Numbered from the stretch's first letter, positions 8,866 to 18,362 are shown. The stretch: DNA of 64,000 bases from an uncultured Bacteroidales bacterium (GCA_964349365.1 CAYGFY010000005.1:22561-86560); one strand, 5' to 3'. A program made the numbers and translations. Notes: generated from the letters alone by a model not told the origin.

Positions 8866-10836
8866 ATGAAAAGCAAACAACAGGCACGGGCCAATTACCT
8901 TGCCACAATGAAAGAAATTGGCTACATGCAGCGCAAGAAAGCCACGCAAGCCGACTACGACCGTATTGGTTTCATGTCGGGGCTAGAGGTTCACCAGCAA
9001 CTTGATACTGCCCAAAAGCTCTTTTGCCGATGCCCAACGGGCATTTATCAGTCAAACTGCGATTTTGACGCAGAAGTAATTCGACACATGCGACCAACCC
9101 TTAGCGAGTTAGGCGAATACGATGGCACTGCCCTAATGGAATTCAAAACTCGTAAAGAAATTATTTACAGGTTGAAGAACCCATCTACATGTACTTACGA
9201 GGTTGACGACACGCCACCATTTCCCATAAACAAAGAGGCAGTCGAAATGGCGATAAAAATATCGCACCTTAAAAAACTCAACATTGTGGGCGAGCTCCAC
9301 ATAACGCGAAAGCAATACCTTGACGGAAGCATACCTACTGGTTTTCAACGAACAGGAATAATTGGAGTTGAGGGCGAAATTGAACTAAAGAACAAAAGGG
9401 TAAGGCTAATCCAACTTAGTCTGGAAGAGGATTCTTGCCGCGAGATTTCTGATATAGGGCACACTCGAATTTACAAAACCGACAGGCTTGGTATGCCCCT
9501 AATCGAAACCGTAACATATCCCGACATGGTAAACCCAAACGAAGTTGCGGAGGCCTGTCAGGTAATAAGGTTCTTAAACCGCAGCTCAGGTTTGGTTAGA
9601 ACCGGAATTGGTGCTGCCAGACAAGATGTAAATGTGAGTTGCCGCGGCGGAACTAGAGTTGAAATAAAAGGGGTAGCTCGTATTAAATGGATTCCAGAGC
9701 TTACACATAACGAGGCCTTCAGGCAATGGGCATTGCTCAATATTAGAGAAAAGTTGCTCAAGAAAATTAAAAAACCAACCCAGTGGCAAATCAATTTCGT
9801 AAAGATTGAACCCAGCTCAATTGATTTCAAGTCTCCCCTGAAAAAAATAGCAAAGGAAAACGGCTATGAAATATATGCAGCCTGTTTGCCTGGTTTCAAC
9901 GGCTTGTTGTCGCACTTTACCCAACCCGGAAAAACTTTTGCCGACGAGTTTAGCGACAGGCTCAAAGTGATTGCTTGCATCGAAAAACCAAACTTTACGT
10001 GCAGTGAATCGCTTAACCCGATCGAGAGCGACGATTTTTTTGCACGCCTTAAAAAAATAACGGGAGCAAGAGCCAACGATCCAATTGTGGCGTTTTGGGG
10101 TCCACCCCAAGATATGACCACCGCAAAGGAAACCATAGAGGAAAGATGCCGAATGGCTTTCGAGGGCGTTCCAAACGAAACCAGAAAGTCTTTTGCAGAT
10201 GGAACCACTATTTTCGAGAGGGTTTTGCCAGGAGCTGACCGAATGTACCCCGACACCGATTCGCCGCCAATACCGCTCCACGAAGAGCAAATCAGAAAAC
10301 TTGCCGAGAACCTGCCAGTGGAAACAATCAAGGCATACCGCCAAATGCAGCAATGGGGTATGCCCGAAGATACATTTACTTACATCTTGAGGAACAACCT
10401 TTTCCAAATTTTGAAACAATTGGTAGAGGTGCAAAAACTCAACCCTGTTTTTGCGGCAACATTGCTGGGGCATAAATTACGTTACGAAGAAGGGCAGCAG
10501 CCCGTTTCCAAGGCTTTTCGCCACGAACAAATAATTGACCTGGTAAAAGAATGCAAGGTTCGAAATATAGATTTGGAGATTCTGAAACCCCTTTTACCAC
10601 TATTGTTATCGCACCCCAACATGGATTTCGACTCGTTGCTTGTTAGCATTAACTTCAAGAGAATTAAACCCGAAGAGATATTTTCTGGAATTAAGTTCTT
10701 GAAAAACAAGTACCTTTCAATTGGAAGAAAACTCGACTCCAAATCATCTACCAACTGGATAATGGGACAACTTGGGCCAAAGGCCCTGGGTAATATTCAA
10801 CTGGCCACTTTAAGAAAAACCATTGAAGAAAAATAA
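8866..10836 (+). CDS. gatE: Glu-tRNA(Gln) amidotransferase subunit E (archaeal-type GatE)
   Basis: DYDRIGFMSGLEVHQQLDTAQKLFCRCP at the N-terminus, then RKQYLDGSIPTGFQRT, LSLEEDSCR, DRLGMPLIETVT, RQDVNVS..GTRVEIKG and ETRKSFADGTTIFERVLPGADRMYPDTDSPPIPL. These are collinear with archaeal GatE as I recall it. ATG at 8866 lies 10 nt after the upstream stop. Confidence 0.85.
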   Translation: MKSKQQARANYLATMKEIGYMQRKKATQADYDRIGFMSGLEVHQQLDTAQKLFCRCPTGIYQSNCDFDAEVIRHMRPTLSELGEYDGTALMEFKTRKEIIYRLKNPSTCTYEVDDTPPFPINKEAVEMAIKISHLKKLNIVGELHITRKQYLDGSIPTGFQRTGIIGVEGEIELKNKRVRLIQLSLEEDSCREISDIGHTRIYKTDRLGMPLIETVTYPDMVNPNEVAEACQVIRFLNRSSGLVRTGIGAARQDVNVSCRGGTRVEIKGVARIKWIPELTHNEAFRQWALLNIREKLLKKIKKPTQWQINFVKIEPSSIDFKSPLKKIAKENGYEIYAACLPGFNGLLSHFTQPGKTFADEFSDRLKVIACIEKPNFTCSESLNPIESDDFFARLKKITGARANDPIVAFWGPPQDMTTAKETIEERCRMAFEGVPNETRKSFADGTTIFERVLPGADRMYPDTDSPPIPLHEEQIRKLAENLPVETIKAYRQMQQWGMPEDTFTYILRNNLFQILKQLVEVQKLNPVFAATLLGHKLRYEEGQQPVSKAFRHEQIIDLVKECKVRNIDLEILKPLLPLLLSHPNMDFDSLLVSINFKRIKPEEIFSGIKFLKNKYLSIGRKLDSKSSTNWIMGQLGPKALGNIQLATLRKTIEEK

Positions 10837-11106
10837 ATCAGTTTTCGCATGCAAAAGCATTTTTTACTAACAACTTTAACACACCAAATTAAGTTCTTCT
10901 TTGTTTTTTGTTGCTTCTTTGGGCCTTACGCGCAATCAATAAAAGTTGCAGCACGGGATTTTTTGTATAATTTCACAAATTTAGCTTCATAAATCTTAAA
11001 AAGTTTCTACATGTATCTGCATTTCAACTTGCTGGCCAATTTGCGAAAGCTGAACACTTGGTTCCAAAAATTGAAACAATTCCGTCAACTCAATAAATAA
11101 AACAAA

Positions 11107-12492
11107 ATGAGCGAAGACTTTTTTCAGGGATACAAGGGCAAGGCACTGGAGGTGTTAAAAAAATACAATGTACGTGTTTGGGGACAAACAACCGTTGAAA
11201 CGACACGGGGCAAGTTTGTGGGGACAGTGCTGCCCAGATCCGAAAGCGATGATGACCGCCACATAGTTCTAAAGATCCCCACGGGTTACAACGTAGGGGT
11301 GGCAATTGATACCATTCTCGACATGAAGGAAACGGGATACAAGAAGGCTAACTACAAGATTCCCGAGAAAGAATTTCCCTACACCAAAGGGTTGCCTTCT
11401 GTAAAGTTAATCGGCACGGGAGGAACAATTGCCTCGAGACTCGATTACCGAACCGGTGCCGTTATTCCGGCATTTTCGCCCGGCGAACTTTATGGTGCAG
11501 TACCAGAACTTGCCGAAATTTGCAACCTTACCACCGAAAAGGTTTTTGCCGTTTTTAGCGAAAACATGGGTCCTTCGCAATACAAGAAGCTTGCGGTGGC
11601 AATAGGCCAGGAAATTGAAAACGGAATAAATGGAGTAGTAATCGGGCACGGTACCGATACCCTTCACCATACCGCTGCCGCGCTAACATACATGGTTCAA
11701 AACCCTCCTGTTCCTATCGTTCTGGTTGGTTCGCAAAGGTCATCAGACAGGCCGTCGAGCGATGCTGCACTTAACCTGATGCATGCATGCTATACTGCCG
11801 GACACGGCGATATTGCAGAAATAATGGTTTGCATGTTTGGTCCAACATCTGATGAGTATGCATTTCTGCATCGAGGAACCCGCGTTCGCAAAATGCACTC
11901 TTCATATCGCAGCACATTCAGAACCTTGGGCGAAACGCCCCTGGCAACCGTTACGAGGCAGGGATTGAAGCCAATCAAAAATAATTACAATCACAGACGC
12001 AAGGATCGTAATGTAATGATAATGCCGTACTTCGAAGAAAAGGTGGCCATGATTTATTACTATCCAAATATGATGCCCGATATGATTGACTCTCTTGTTG
12101 AAAACGGATATAAGGGCATAATCATTGCTGGCACCGGCCTTGGACACGTTAACAAACCATTGTATCCGGCACTCGAAAGGGCTAAAAAGGCTGGCGTTGC
12201 TGTTTATATGACCGTGCAAACACTTTGGGGTTACGTGCAAATGTTTGTTTACGAAACAGGACGCGAAATGATGGCTCTTGGCGTAATCCCAGGAGAGAAC
12301 CTATTGCCAGAGGTGGCCTACATAAAGTTAGGTTGGGCTCTTGGTCAAACAAACGATCTCGAAAAGGTAAAGGAAATTATGCTTAAACCAATTTGCGATG
12401 ACATAACCCCACGCGAGCCATACAACGGGTATCTTATTTACCAGGGGGGTGTACCAGAGGTTGAAGATTTTATTAAGAATTTCAGGAAATAG
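11107..12492 (+). CDS. gatD: Glu-tRNA(Gln) amidotransferase subunit D (archaeal-type GatD)
   Basis: GatD-type N-terminal beta domain (GKFVGTVLPRSESDDDRHIVLKIPTGYNVGVAID) followed by an asparaginase fold with GTGGTIASRLDYRTGAV and HGTDTLHHTAAAL. Confidence 0.85.
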   Translation: MSEDFFQGYKGKALEVLKKYNVRVWGQTTVETTRGKFVGTVLPRSESDDDRHIVLKIPTGYNVGVAIDTILDMKETGYKKANYKIPEKEFPYTKGLPSVKLIGTGGTIASRLDYRTGAVIPAFSPGELYGAVPELAEICNLTTEKVFAVFSENMGPSQYKKLAVAIGQEIENGINGVVIGHGTDTLHHTAAALTYMVQNPPVPIVLVGSQRSSDRPSSDAALNLMHACYTAGHGDIAEIMVCMFGPTSDEYAFLHRGTRVRKMHSSYRSTFRTLGETPLATVTRQGLKPIKNNYNHRRKDRNVMIMPYFEEKVAMIYYYPNMMPDMIDSLVENGYKGIIIAGTGLGHVNKPLYPALERAKKAGVAVYMTVQTLWGYVQMFVYETGREMMALGVIPGENLLPEVAYIKLGWALGQTNDLEKVKEIMLKPICDDITPREPYNGYLIYQGGVPEVEDFIKNFRK

Positions 12493-12582
12493 CGAGATAA
12501 TGTGGTGATTTGAGAATTTGAGAATGTGAAGATTAGCGAAATTGCCAGCCAGTTCAAGCGCCAAAATACGCCATTTAACAAT

Positions 12583-12615
12583 AAAAGGGAGCCATTCGCT
12601 CCTTTTATTTTTTTC
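12583..12615 (+). terminator. rho-independent terminator downstream of gatD
   Basis: aaaagGGAGCcattcGCTCCttttattttttt: a GC stem extended by A/T pairs and followed by a T-run. Confidence 0.6.
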
Positions 12616-12697
12616 AGGAAGGGTTATTGCTCCAATTTTGCACCGAAAACAGAATCAAAAAAGCAAAAATTTTAAATATCCCAAAAACCTTAGAAAA

Positions 12698-13156
12698 ATG
12701 AAAACAACAAGAATTTTTTTCACCGCCGCTGCTTTTGCAATTTCAAGTTTGGTTGCATTCTCTGCATCAAACAATCTTCAAGAAGGCTCAATCTACCCTG
12801 GTGCTTTTGCAAGCATCAGTAGTAAGGCTTACTTTGAAATTCCATTCACCCTGGTTTACGATCATTTTATGGTTGTAGTGGCAACAATAAATGGAGAAAG
12901 GCTCAACTTGGTTTTAGATGAAGGAGCTCTCGAAACGACATTAGATTGGAAAAAGGCTCAGCATCTCGGGCTTGGAAGAACTGCAAGTTTTTCCATTGGC
13001 GAACAAACGTTTAACGAGACACCCTCATTCGCTGAATTCGATGCAGTAAGAAACTCAGGGCTAATTATAGATGGTGTGGTGGGATCTTCAATTTTCGACA
13101 ACTACGATGTGGAGTACGATATGGTTAAAGGAGTAATAATATGCAGACCCTTTTGA
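12698..13156 (+). CDS. small secreted protein with a retropepsin-like (aspartyl protease) fold, non-canonical DEG in place of DTG
   Basis: Signal peptide MKTTRIFFTAAAFAISSLVAFSA. INGERLNLVLDEGALETTL and DGVVGSSIFDNYDVEYDMVKGVI resemble the bacterial retropepsin-like family pattern. ATG at 12698 is preferred over 12542. Confidence 0.55.
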   Translation: MKTTRIFFTAAAFAISSLVAFSASNNLQEGSIYPGAFASISSKAYFEIPFTLVYDHFMVVVATINGERLNLVLDEGALETTLDWKKAQHLGLGRTASFSIGEQTFNETPSFAEFDAVRNSGLIIDGVVGSSIFDNYDVEYDMVKGVIICRPF

Positions 13157-13392
13157 TAGGAGTTTTAAGTTTTAAAGTTGAAGGGTTTATAGGCATGTAA
13201 AAATATGAGTTGAGGAGTTGGGAGGTTGAGGAGTTTGGAAGGAATTAGAACAACCAACTTGTAAATCATAAACCACTAACAGCCCTAATTCTTGACCCAT
13301 AATAGATAAGCACACAAGTCTGATAATTATCGAATTTTCAAATTAACTAATTGCCTAGTTGTTTCTAATTAATCGCATCCCTCTGGATACCT

Positions 13393-15632
13393 ATGAAAAC
13401 AAAATCCATATATTTGCACCATAACAGAAACAACGGAGAAATGTTTGGTTTGAAAATTAGCATCAGCGATGTCGCTCTTGATCAAGAGCGGCTCAAAGGG
13501 GCAAGGTTGTCGGCAAACCTTAGGTGGGTTTTAATCGGAATTATTATTTCTCTTTTGGCCTTGCAATCCATAATGGGTCATTGGGATGTTTCGAAACATG
13601 CCCTCGTCTTCCTGACGGCCTACACTCTCTTCAATATCTTTTTGTGGATATCGGCAAGAAGGGGATACGACCCGAGGTATCTGAGGTTCCTGGCAGCCAC
13701 GCTTGATACGATTTTCATCACATTCCACATATTCGGGATGGCGGTTGTCCATGACCCAGTAGCCGCAACAGCAGCCTCAACAATCCTCTTTTTGCCGCTT
13801 TTCTTTTTGTTGCACACATTCAGGCTGGATAGAGGCTTGCTTGTTTACATAATAATTATTTCACTGGTAGGTTTCAATTTTACTTACTTTTTCCAGCATT
13901 CGCGAACTCCCGAAATATTAAACCAGTATTTATCATTGTCGCCAATTGCCCATGTTTTCAAATCGGTTTACATTGCATTCATTGGGCTTTTGTGCATTTA
14001 CCTTCAATATTCTATGCTTGTTTTCTTGCAGAAGCAACTTGATGAGGCCAGGGAAAAGGCAAGGCTTGACGTTGCAATAAACCTTGAGCAGGAAAAGAGC
14101 TTGATGAGCAAGCAGCTTTTTGAGAGAGAAAGGCAACAAAACATGGAACTTGCCGAAGAGATTCGCAAGAAAGACGAGTATGCCGATAAACTCAAAGAAG
14201 CACAAGCAATGGTAAACACCATAATGTCAAACCTTGTTGGAGCTGTTTCTCGCTGCTTGCACGATGACCGGTGGACAGCTAAGTTTTTAGTAAAAAAATT
14301 GAGGACATAACAGGGTATCCTTCAGCTGATTTCATAGACAATAAGGTTATAAGCTTCTCGGATATAATGCTTGATGAAGACAAGGAAAGAGTTAGGAATA
14401 GCATTGGCGAATCGGTTTTGTCTAAAAAACCATATTCCATCGAGTTTCGAATTAGGCATAGGGATGGCCGTATTATCTGGGTTAATGAAAACGGGCAACC
14501 TGTTTTTGACCACCAAGGTAACCTTGTTTATCTTGATGGAATAACAACCGATATAACCGAGAAAAAACATGCCGAACAATCGTTCAAGGAGCTTACCGAC
14601 TTCCTGCCCCAAACTGTATTCGAAACCGACAAAGAGGGGTACTTGCTTTTCCAGAACAATGCTGGTTTGGAATTCTTTGGCGAAGGCCAACCCGATGAAA
14701 GCGGGAGGATTCACACCTCCCAGTTTTTTGAGCAAAGTTTTAGGGATAGGACGCTCGAAAATATTAATAAGCCCGTAAGGTTTGAAGGTGACAAGATTTT
14801 TTCGGCCGAGGCTAACGCCATAAGGAAGGACGGATGCATTTGTCAGGTAATGATTTACAGTACAGCAATGGCACGCGATGGAAAGCTAATTGGCGAAAGG
14901 GGAATAATAGTTGACATAAGCAACATCAAGAATGCCGAAAAGGAACTGAAGATGGCAAAACAAGATCTTGAAAAACTCAACCAAGACCTTGAAAGGAAAA
15001 TTGAAGAGAGGACATTAGAACTAACAGAGGCCAACACTCAACTCTTGAACCTTCAAAAAGAAAACCTGCAATCGCAGTTCGAGGTTTTGAACCAACAAGT
15101 GAACCCGCATTTCTTGTTCAATAGCCTTAGTGTCCTAACATCATTGATAAAGGTTGACCCCGATCTGGCCGAAACGTTTACCGAAAGGCTTTCAAAGGTT
15201 TACAGGTACGTTTTGGAAAACAAGGACAAGGATTTTGTTTCAATCGAAACCGAAATGGAATTCTTGAGGGCTTACATATTCCTTTTGAGAATTAGATTCT
15301 CAAGCAAGGTTGTAGTGGACATTGATTTTGACGAAAAAAAAATGGATGCATACGTTGCTCCCCTTGCATTGCAATTGCTTATCGAAAATGCAATCAAGCA
15401 CAACACTTTCAGCCGCAAAAGTCCCTTAATTGTTAAGATGTTTGTTGACAGCGAAAACTATCTAAATGTCATTAACAATTTACAAAGTAGGGAAACCAGA
15501 ATGAACTCTACTGGAATTGGGCTTGTAAACATTACTAAAAGATACGCGCTTTTATCAGAAATGCAACCTGAATTCGAGATTACCGAAAATGAATTCATAG
15601 CTCGAATTCCTCTTATTAACAAGAATATTTGA
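13393..15632 (+). pseudogene. LytS/YehU-family sensor histidine kinase (membrane domain, coiled coil, 2 PAS, His_kinase, HATPase) interrupted by a frameshift
   Basis: ORF 13393..14310 ends ...GAVSRCLHDDRWTAKF(LVKKLRT*). The next frame continues from 14283 as (V)FSKKIEDITGYPSADFIDNKVISFSDIMLDEDKERV...EFRIRHRDGRIIWV, so a single PAS domain is split at the T5 run 14284..14288. Downstream, QVNPHFLFNSL and the HATPase region identify the LytS type. Confidence 0.8.
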
Positions 15633-15653
15633 TAAGTTTTACTAATTTCAATC

Positions 15654-16544
15654 ATGAAAGTAGTGATAATAGAAGACGAATCATTGACCTCCGAAGGGCT
15701 GAAGAAGATGATAGTGTCGCACGACAACGGAATAGAGGTAGTGGCTCAGCTAGAATCGGTTGAAGAGTCGGTTGAGTGGTTTAAAAACAACCCACATCCC
15801 GAGTTGACCTTTTTGGACATCCATCTTGAAGACGACCTTAGCTTCGCCATTTTTGACAAGGTAAAGGTGGGCAGTTCCATTATTTTCACAACTGCATTTG
15901 ACGAGTACGCCATCAATGCTTTCAAGCTCAAAAGCATTGACTACTTGCTAAAGCCCATAGTGCAAGAGGAACTTGATGCCGCATTGAACAAATGTCGCGA
16001 CTTGAAATCGGAAGGTGGCTCAAACAAGGACCTACACCTGCTTTACGATCTGATTGTAAAAAAGAACGAAGCTTACAAGGAACGGTTTCCTGTGCGAGTT
16101 GGTCAAAAGATAAAAACTTTCACTACATCCGAAATAGCTTACTTTGCCCCCGATAGCGGGTTCACGTCGGCGCACCTTTACGGTGGTCGAAGCCATTACA
16201 TCGATTCAAGTTTGGATGCCCTTGCCATGGAAATTGATCCTGCCAGGTTTTTCAGGATTAACAGGCAAATGACTGTTTCAATTGATTCCGTAAAGGAAGC
16301 ACACATTTATTCTGCCAATAGGTTAAAGCTAGACCTTAACCCGGCTTGTGGCGATATGGTTCTTGTTAGCATTGACAAGGCCACAAAATTTAAAAACTGG
16401 CTGGAGGGTCTGGTTTGGGTTTTCGGCACCAAGTATCCCATTGTTTTATTCAAAAGACACTTAAACTCAGTGAGTAAAGGTTTTTTATGTCCAGACCTTG
16501 TCCAAAAGGTTAATACAAAATCAAGATTCCACAAATTAAGTTAA
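15654..16544 (+). CDS. LytTR-family response regulator
   Basis: Receiver domain (MKVVIIEDE...FLDIHL...LLKP) plus a LytTR DNA-binding domain (FFRINRQMTVSIDSV). It is about 40 aa longer at the C-terminus than is usual for the family. It follows the LytS-type kinase. Confidence 0.85.
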   Translation: MKVVIIEDESLTSEGLKKMIVSHDNGIEVVAQLESVEESVEWFKNNPHPELTFLDIHLEDDLSFAIFDKVKVGSSIIFTTAFDEYAINAFKLKSIDYLLKPIVQEELDAALNKCRDLKSEGGSNKDLHLLYDLIVKKNEAYKERFPVRVGQKIKTFTTSEIAYFAPDSGFTSAHLYGGRSHYIDSSLDALAMEIDPARFFRINRQMTVSIDSVKEAHIYSANRLKLDLNPACGDMVLVSIDKATKFKNWLEGLVWVFGTKYPIVLFKRHLNSVSKGFLCPDLVQKVNTKSRFHKLS

Positions 16545-16583
16545 ACCACGCAAACGTCCATTTTTTATCCTAAAATTTTTTCC

Positions 16584-16907
16584 ATGAAAACAAAAATCGT
16601 ACTTATCGGACTAATTATGTCAGTTGCAACTTTTAGCTGCAGCATTTCTAGAGTGGCTCGTCTTTCTGATTCTGAAAACAATGGCATTGAGCTTTTTACC
16701 ACAAAAATTCCAGAAAGGAGTTATGCCGAAATAGGCTACATTCAAACTGAAGGAGGAGCATGGAGCACTCCGCAAACTCTTATGAATGGATTAAAGAGAA
16801 AAGCAATTCAGCTTGATGCTGACGCAATAATTAACATCCGTTACGACTTTAGGGGAGAGGCTCCTGTAGTTTCTGGCACTGCCATAAAGTACACTGACAA
16901 AGATTAA
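16584..16907 (+). CDS. small lipoprotein, YbjQ/UPF0145-like (heavy-metal-binding-domain family)
   Basis: Lipobox LIMSVATFSC. The C-terminal LDADAIINIRYDF....VSGTAIKY resembles the YbjQ family. The product call is tentative. Confidence 0.5.
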   Translation: MKTKIVLIGLIMSVATFSCSISRVARLSDSENNGIELFTTKIPERSYAEIGYIQTEGGAWSTPQTLMNGLKRKAIQLDADAIINIRYDFRGEAPVVSGTAIKYTDKD

Positions 16908-16921
16908 ATGGAATAAGTAGG

Positions 16922-16951
16922 TTTTGGCCTGTCAGATTTGGCAGGCCAAAA
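16922..16951. terminator. bidirectional terminator hairpin between convergent genes
   Basis: TTTTGGCCTG-tcagatttgg-CAGGCCAAAA: a 10-bp perfect stem with A/T runs forming part of the arms. Confidence 0.7.
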
Positions 16952-16999
16952 CAACTGATTGACTTTAAATGTCTTGAAAGTGTTGAGCTAGAATTTACG

Positions 17000-17929
17000 C
17001 TAGTCTAACAACCTTCCCACCAAAATCCCCTTGACGTTTCGCGATGGTTTGATATATTCGACCAATGGCACTGGGCTTATTTCGACCTGATTGCTTTTGG
17101 TGGATGCATGAAGCAAGAAAAGTCTTCCGCTTTGTTGCAATGCAATGCCGGTGTGCGAAACATCCAAACCCTCAATGGAGGTGGCAAAAGCAATCATGTC
17201 GCCATCTTTTATTAAGTGCTCAACCGACCGAAGATTTTCTTTAGGAATGAAGTTCATTTTAATCGCTGAAATATTGGCTTCAATTTTTGCCATTTCTTGA
17301 AGGTAGGCTTCGTTTTTTAGTTGCTTGTAAAGGTGATGCCTCAAGGTCATGAACCCAACCTTAGTGTTATGGGGTTTGCTGCCCCTTAAATTGTTTAACA
17401 TTTCTATTAATCCTGCCTCCTGTTTCTCGAAAAGCCATTCGGTGAAGTAATGCAAGCGGCTCGGGTAGCCATCAATAATTCCACCACGGTAGCGATTACA
17501 AATCAAGAAACGGGCAAAATCTTCAAAACTACCATTACCCTTTTTTGTGGAAAGGGCAATTGCAAGGGAATATTCCAAGAGAGTAACGCAATCAACACCT
17601 TGCAGGTTTACAACCAACTTTTCAGCGTCGTTCACTTCGAGGGTGTTAGAAACGTAAGGCGTGCTCAAAAAAGCCTTTGCAGCATCAATGAAAAGTTCTG
17701 AAATGCCTTTGGATTCAATACTCGCTTCGTTTAGCTTACCTGCAATAGAGTAAAACTTTAGAGAATCAGCTTTTGTTGTTATAATCTCGTCAAAGCCTAT
17801 TTCAACACACCAATTTGATTGCGATTCGGCTTTACAAGTTGTTTCATTTTCCTTTGCTGTCCCTGCATTGCAAGAAAATGAAAGAAATATTATTGTTATA
17901 AAATGGCTTAAAGCGGAGGCACTTTTCAT
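17000..17929 (-). CDS. DUF1460 (N-acetylmuramoyl-L-alanine amidase-like) domain protein
   Basis: Signal peptide, then TPYVSNTLEVNDAEKLVVNLQGVDCVTLLEYSLAIAL, which matches my recollection of the DUF1460 family core. Confidence 0.6.
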   Translation of the reverse strand: MKSASALSHFITIIFLSFSCNAGTAKENETTCKAESQSNWCVEIGFDEIITTKADSLKFYSIAGKLNEASIESKGISELFIDAAKAFLSTPYVSNTLEVNDAEKLVVNLQGVDCVTLLEYSLAIALSTKKGNGSFEDFARFLICNRYRGGIIDGYPSRLHYFTEWLFEKQEAGLIEMLNNLRGSKPHNTKVGFMTLRHHLYKQLKNEAYLQEMAKIEANISAIKMNFIPKENLRSVEHLIKDGDMIAFATSIEGLDVSHTGIALQQSGRLFLLHASTKSNQVEISPVPLVEYIKPSRNVKGILVGRLLD

Positions 17930-18160
17930 TAAGTTGAGAGTTAGAGGGATTTAATCAATTCGTTTTAACCGCAAAGTTCGCAATGATTTCTCAGAGTGTG
18001 CCAATACTGTTTGATTATTGCTGAAAATTTAATGTTGATTGGTAAGCCATTATGCTTCTGAACTTCGAATTCGATCAGTATTGGCAGGCTAAGCCCGACC
18101 TGTCCGGTCACCCCGAGCGTAGTCGAAGGGTAACGATGAAAGATTACCCGAGACTTTATG

Positions 18161-18200
18161 CAAAAACTAACGGGGGTACGATAAACATCGCACCCCCGTT
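18161..18200 (-). terminator. rho-independent terminator after the tRNA-Gly/tRNA-Leu pair
   Basis: Read on the minus strand: AACGGGGGT-gcgatgtttatcgt-ACCCCCGTT followed by aGTTTTTg, beginning 10 nt after the tRNA-Leu 3' end. Confidence 0.75.
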
Positions 18201-18209
18201 ACAAAAGAG

Positions 18210-18294
18210 TACCCGGAGCCGGGCTCGAACCGGCACGGCCGCAATGGCCACAGGATTTTAAGTCCTGGGTGTCTACCAATTCCACCATCCGGGC
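18210..18294 (-). tRNA. tRNA-Leu (anticodon TAA), type II with long variable arm
   Basis: Hand-folded sequence: GCCCGGA-TG-GTGGAATTGGTAGACAC-CCAGGA CTTAAAA TCCTG-TGGCCATTGCGGCCGTG-CCGGTTCGAGCCCGG-CTCCGGGT-A. Anticodon loop is C-T-TAA-A-A. No encoded CCA. Confidence 0.9.
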
Positions 18295-18362
18295 ACTTGT
18301 TGCAAAAAACCGACTACCATTTACAAAAAAACCTCTTTTTTATCAGAGGCTTGGTAGTGTAG

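Noticed and set aside
9817-10473. 218-aa and 155-aa minus-strand ORFs inside gatE
   Set aside because: They are antisense to a strongly supported CDS, are Cys/Trp/His-rich with no motifs, and lack a plausible start context.
18095-18150. ggtcaccccgagcgtagtcgaagggtaacgatgaaagattaccc, reminiscent of the short CACCC..GTCGAAGGGTG palindromic elements common in some Bacteroidota/Chlorobi genomes
   Set aside because: There is only one copy in this window and only short stems (ACCC/GGGT, GGGTAA/TTACCC). I cannot establish it as a repeat family member without the rest of the genome.
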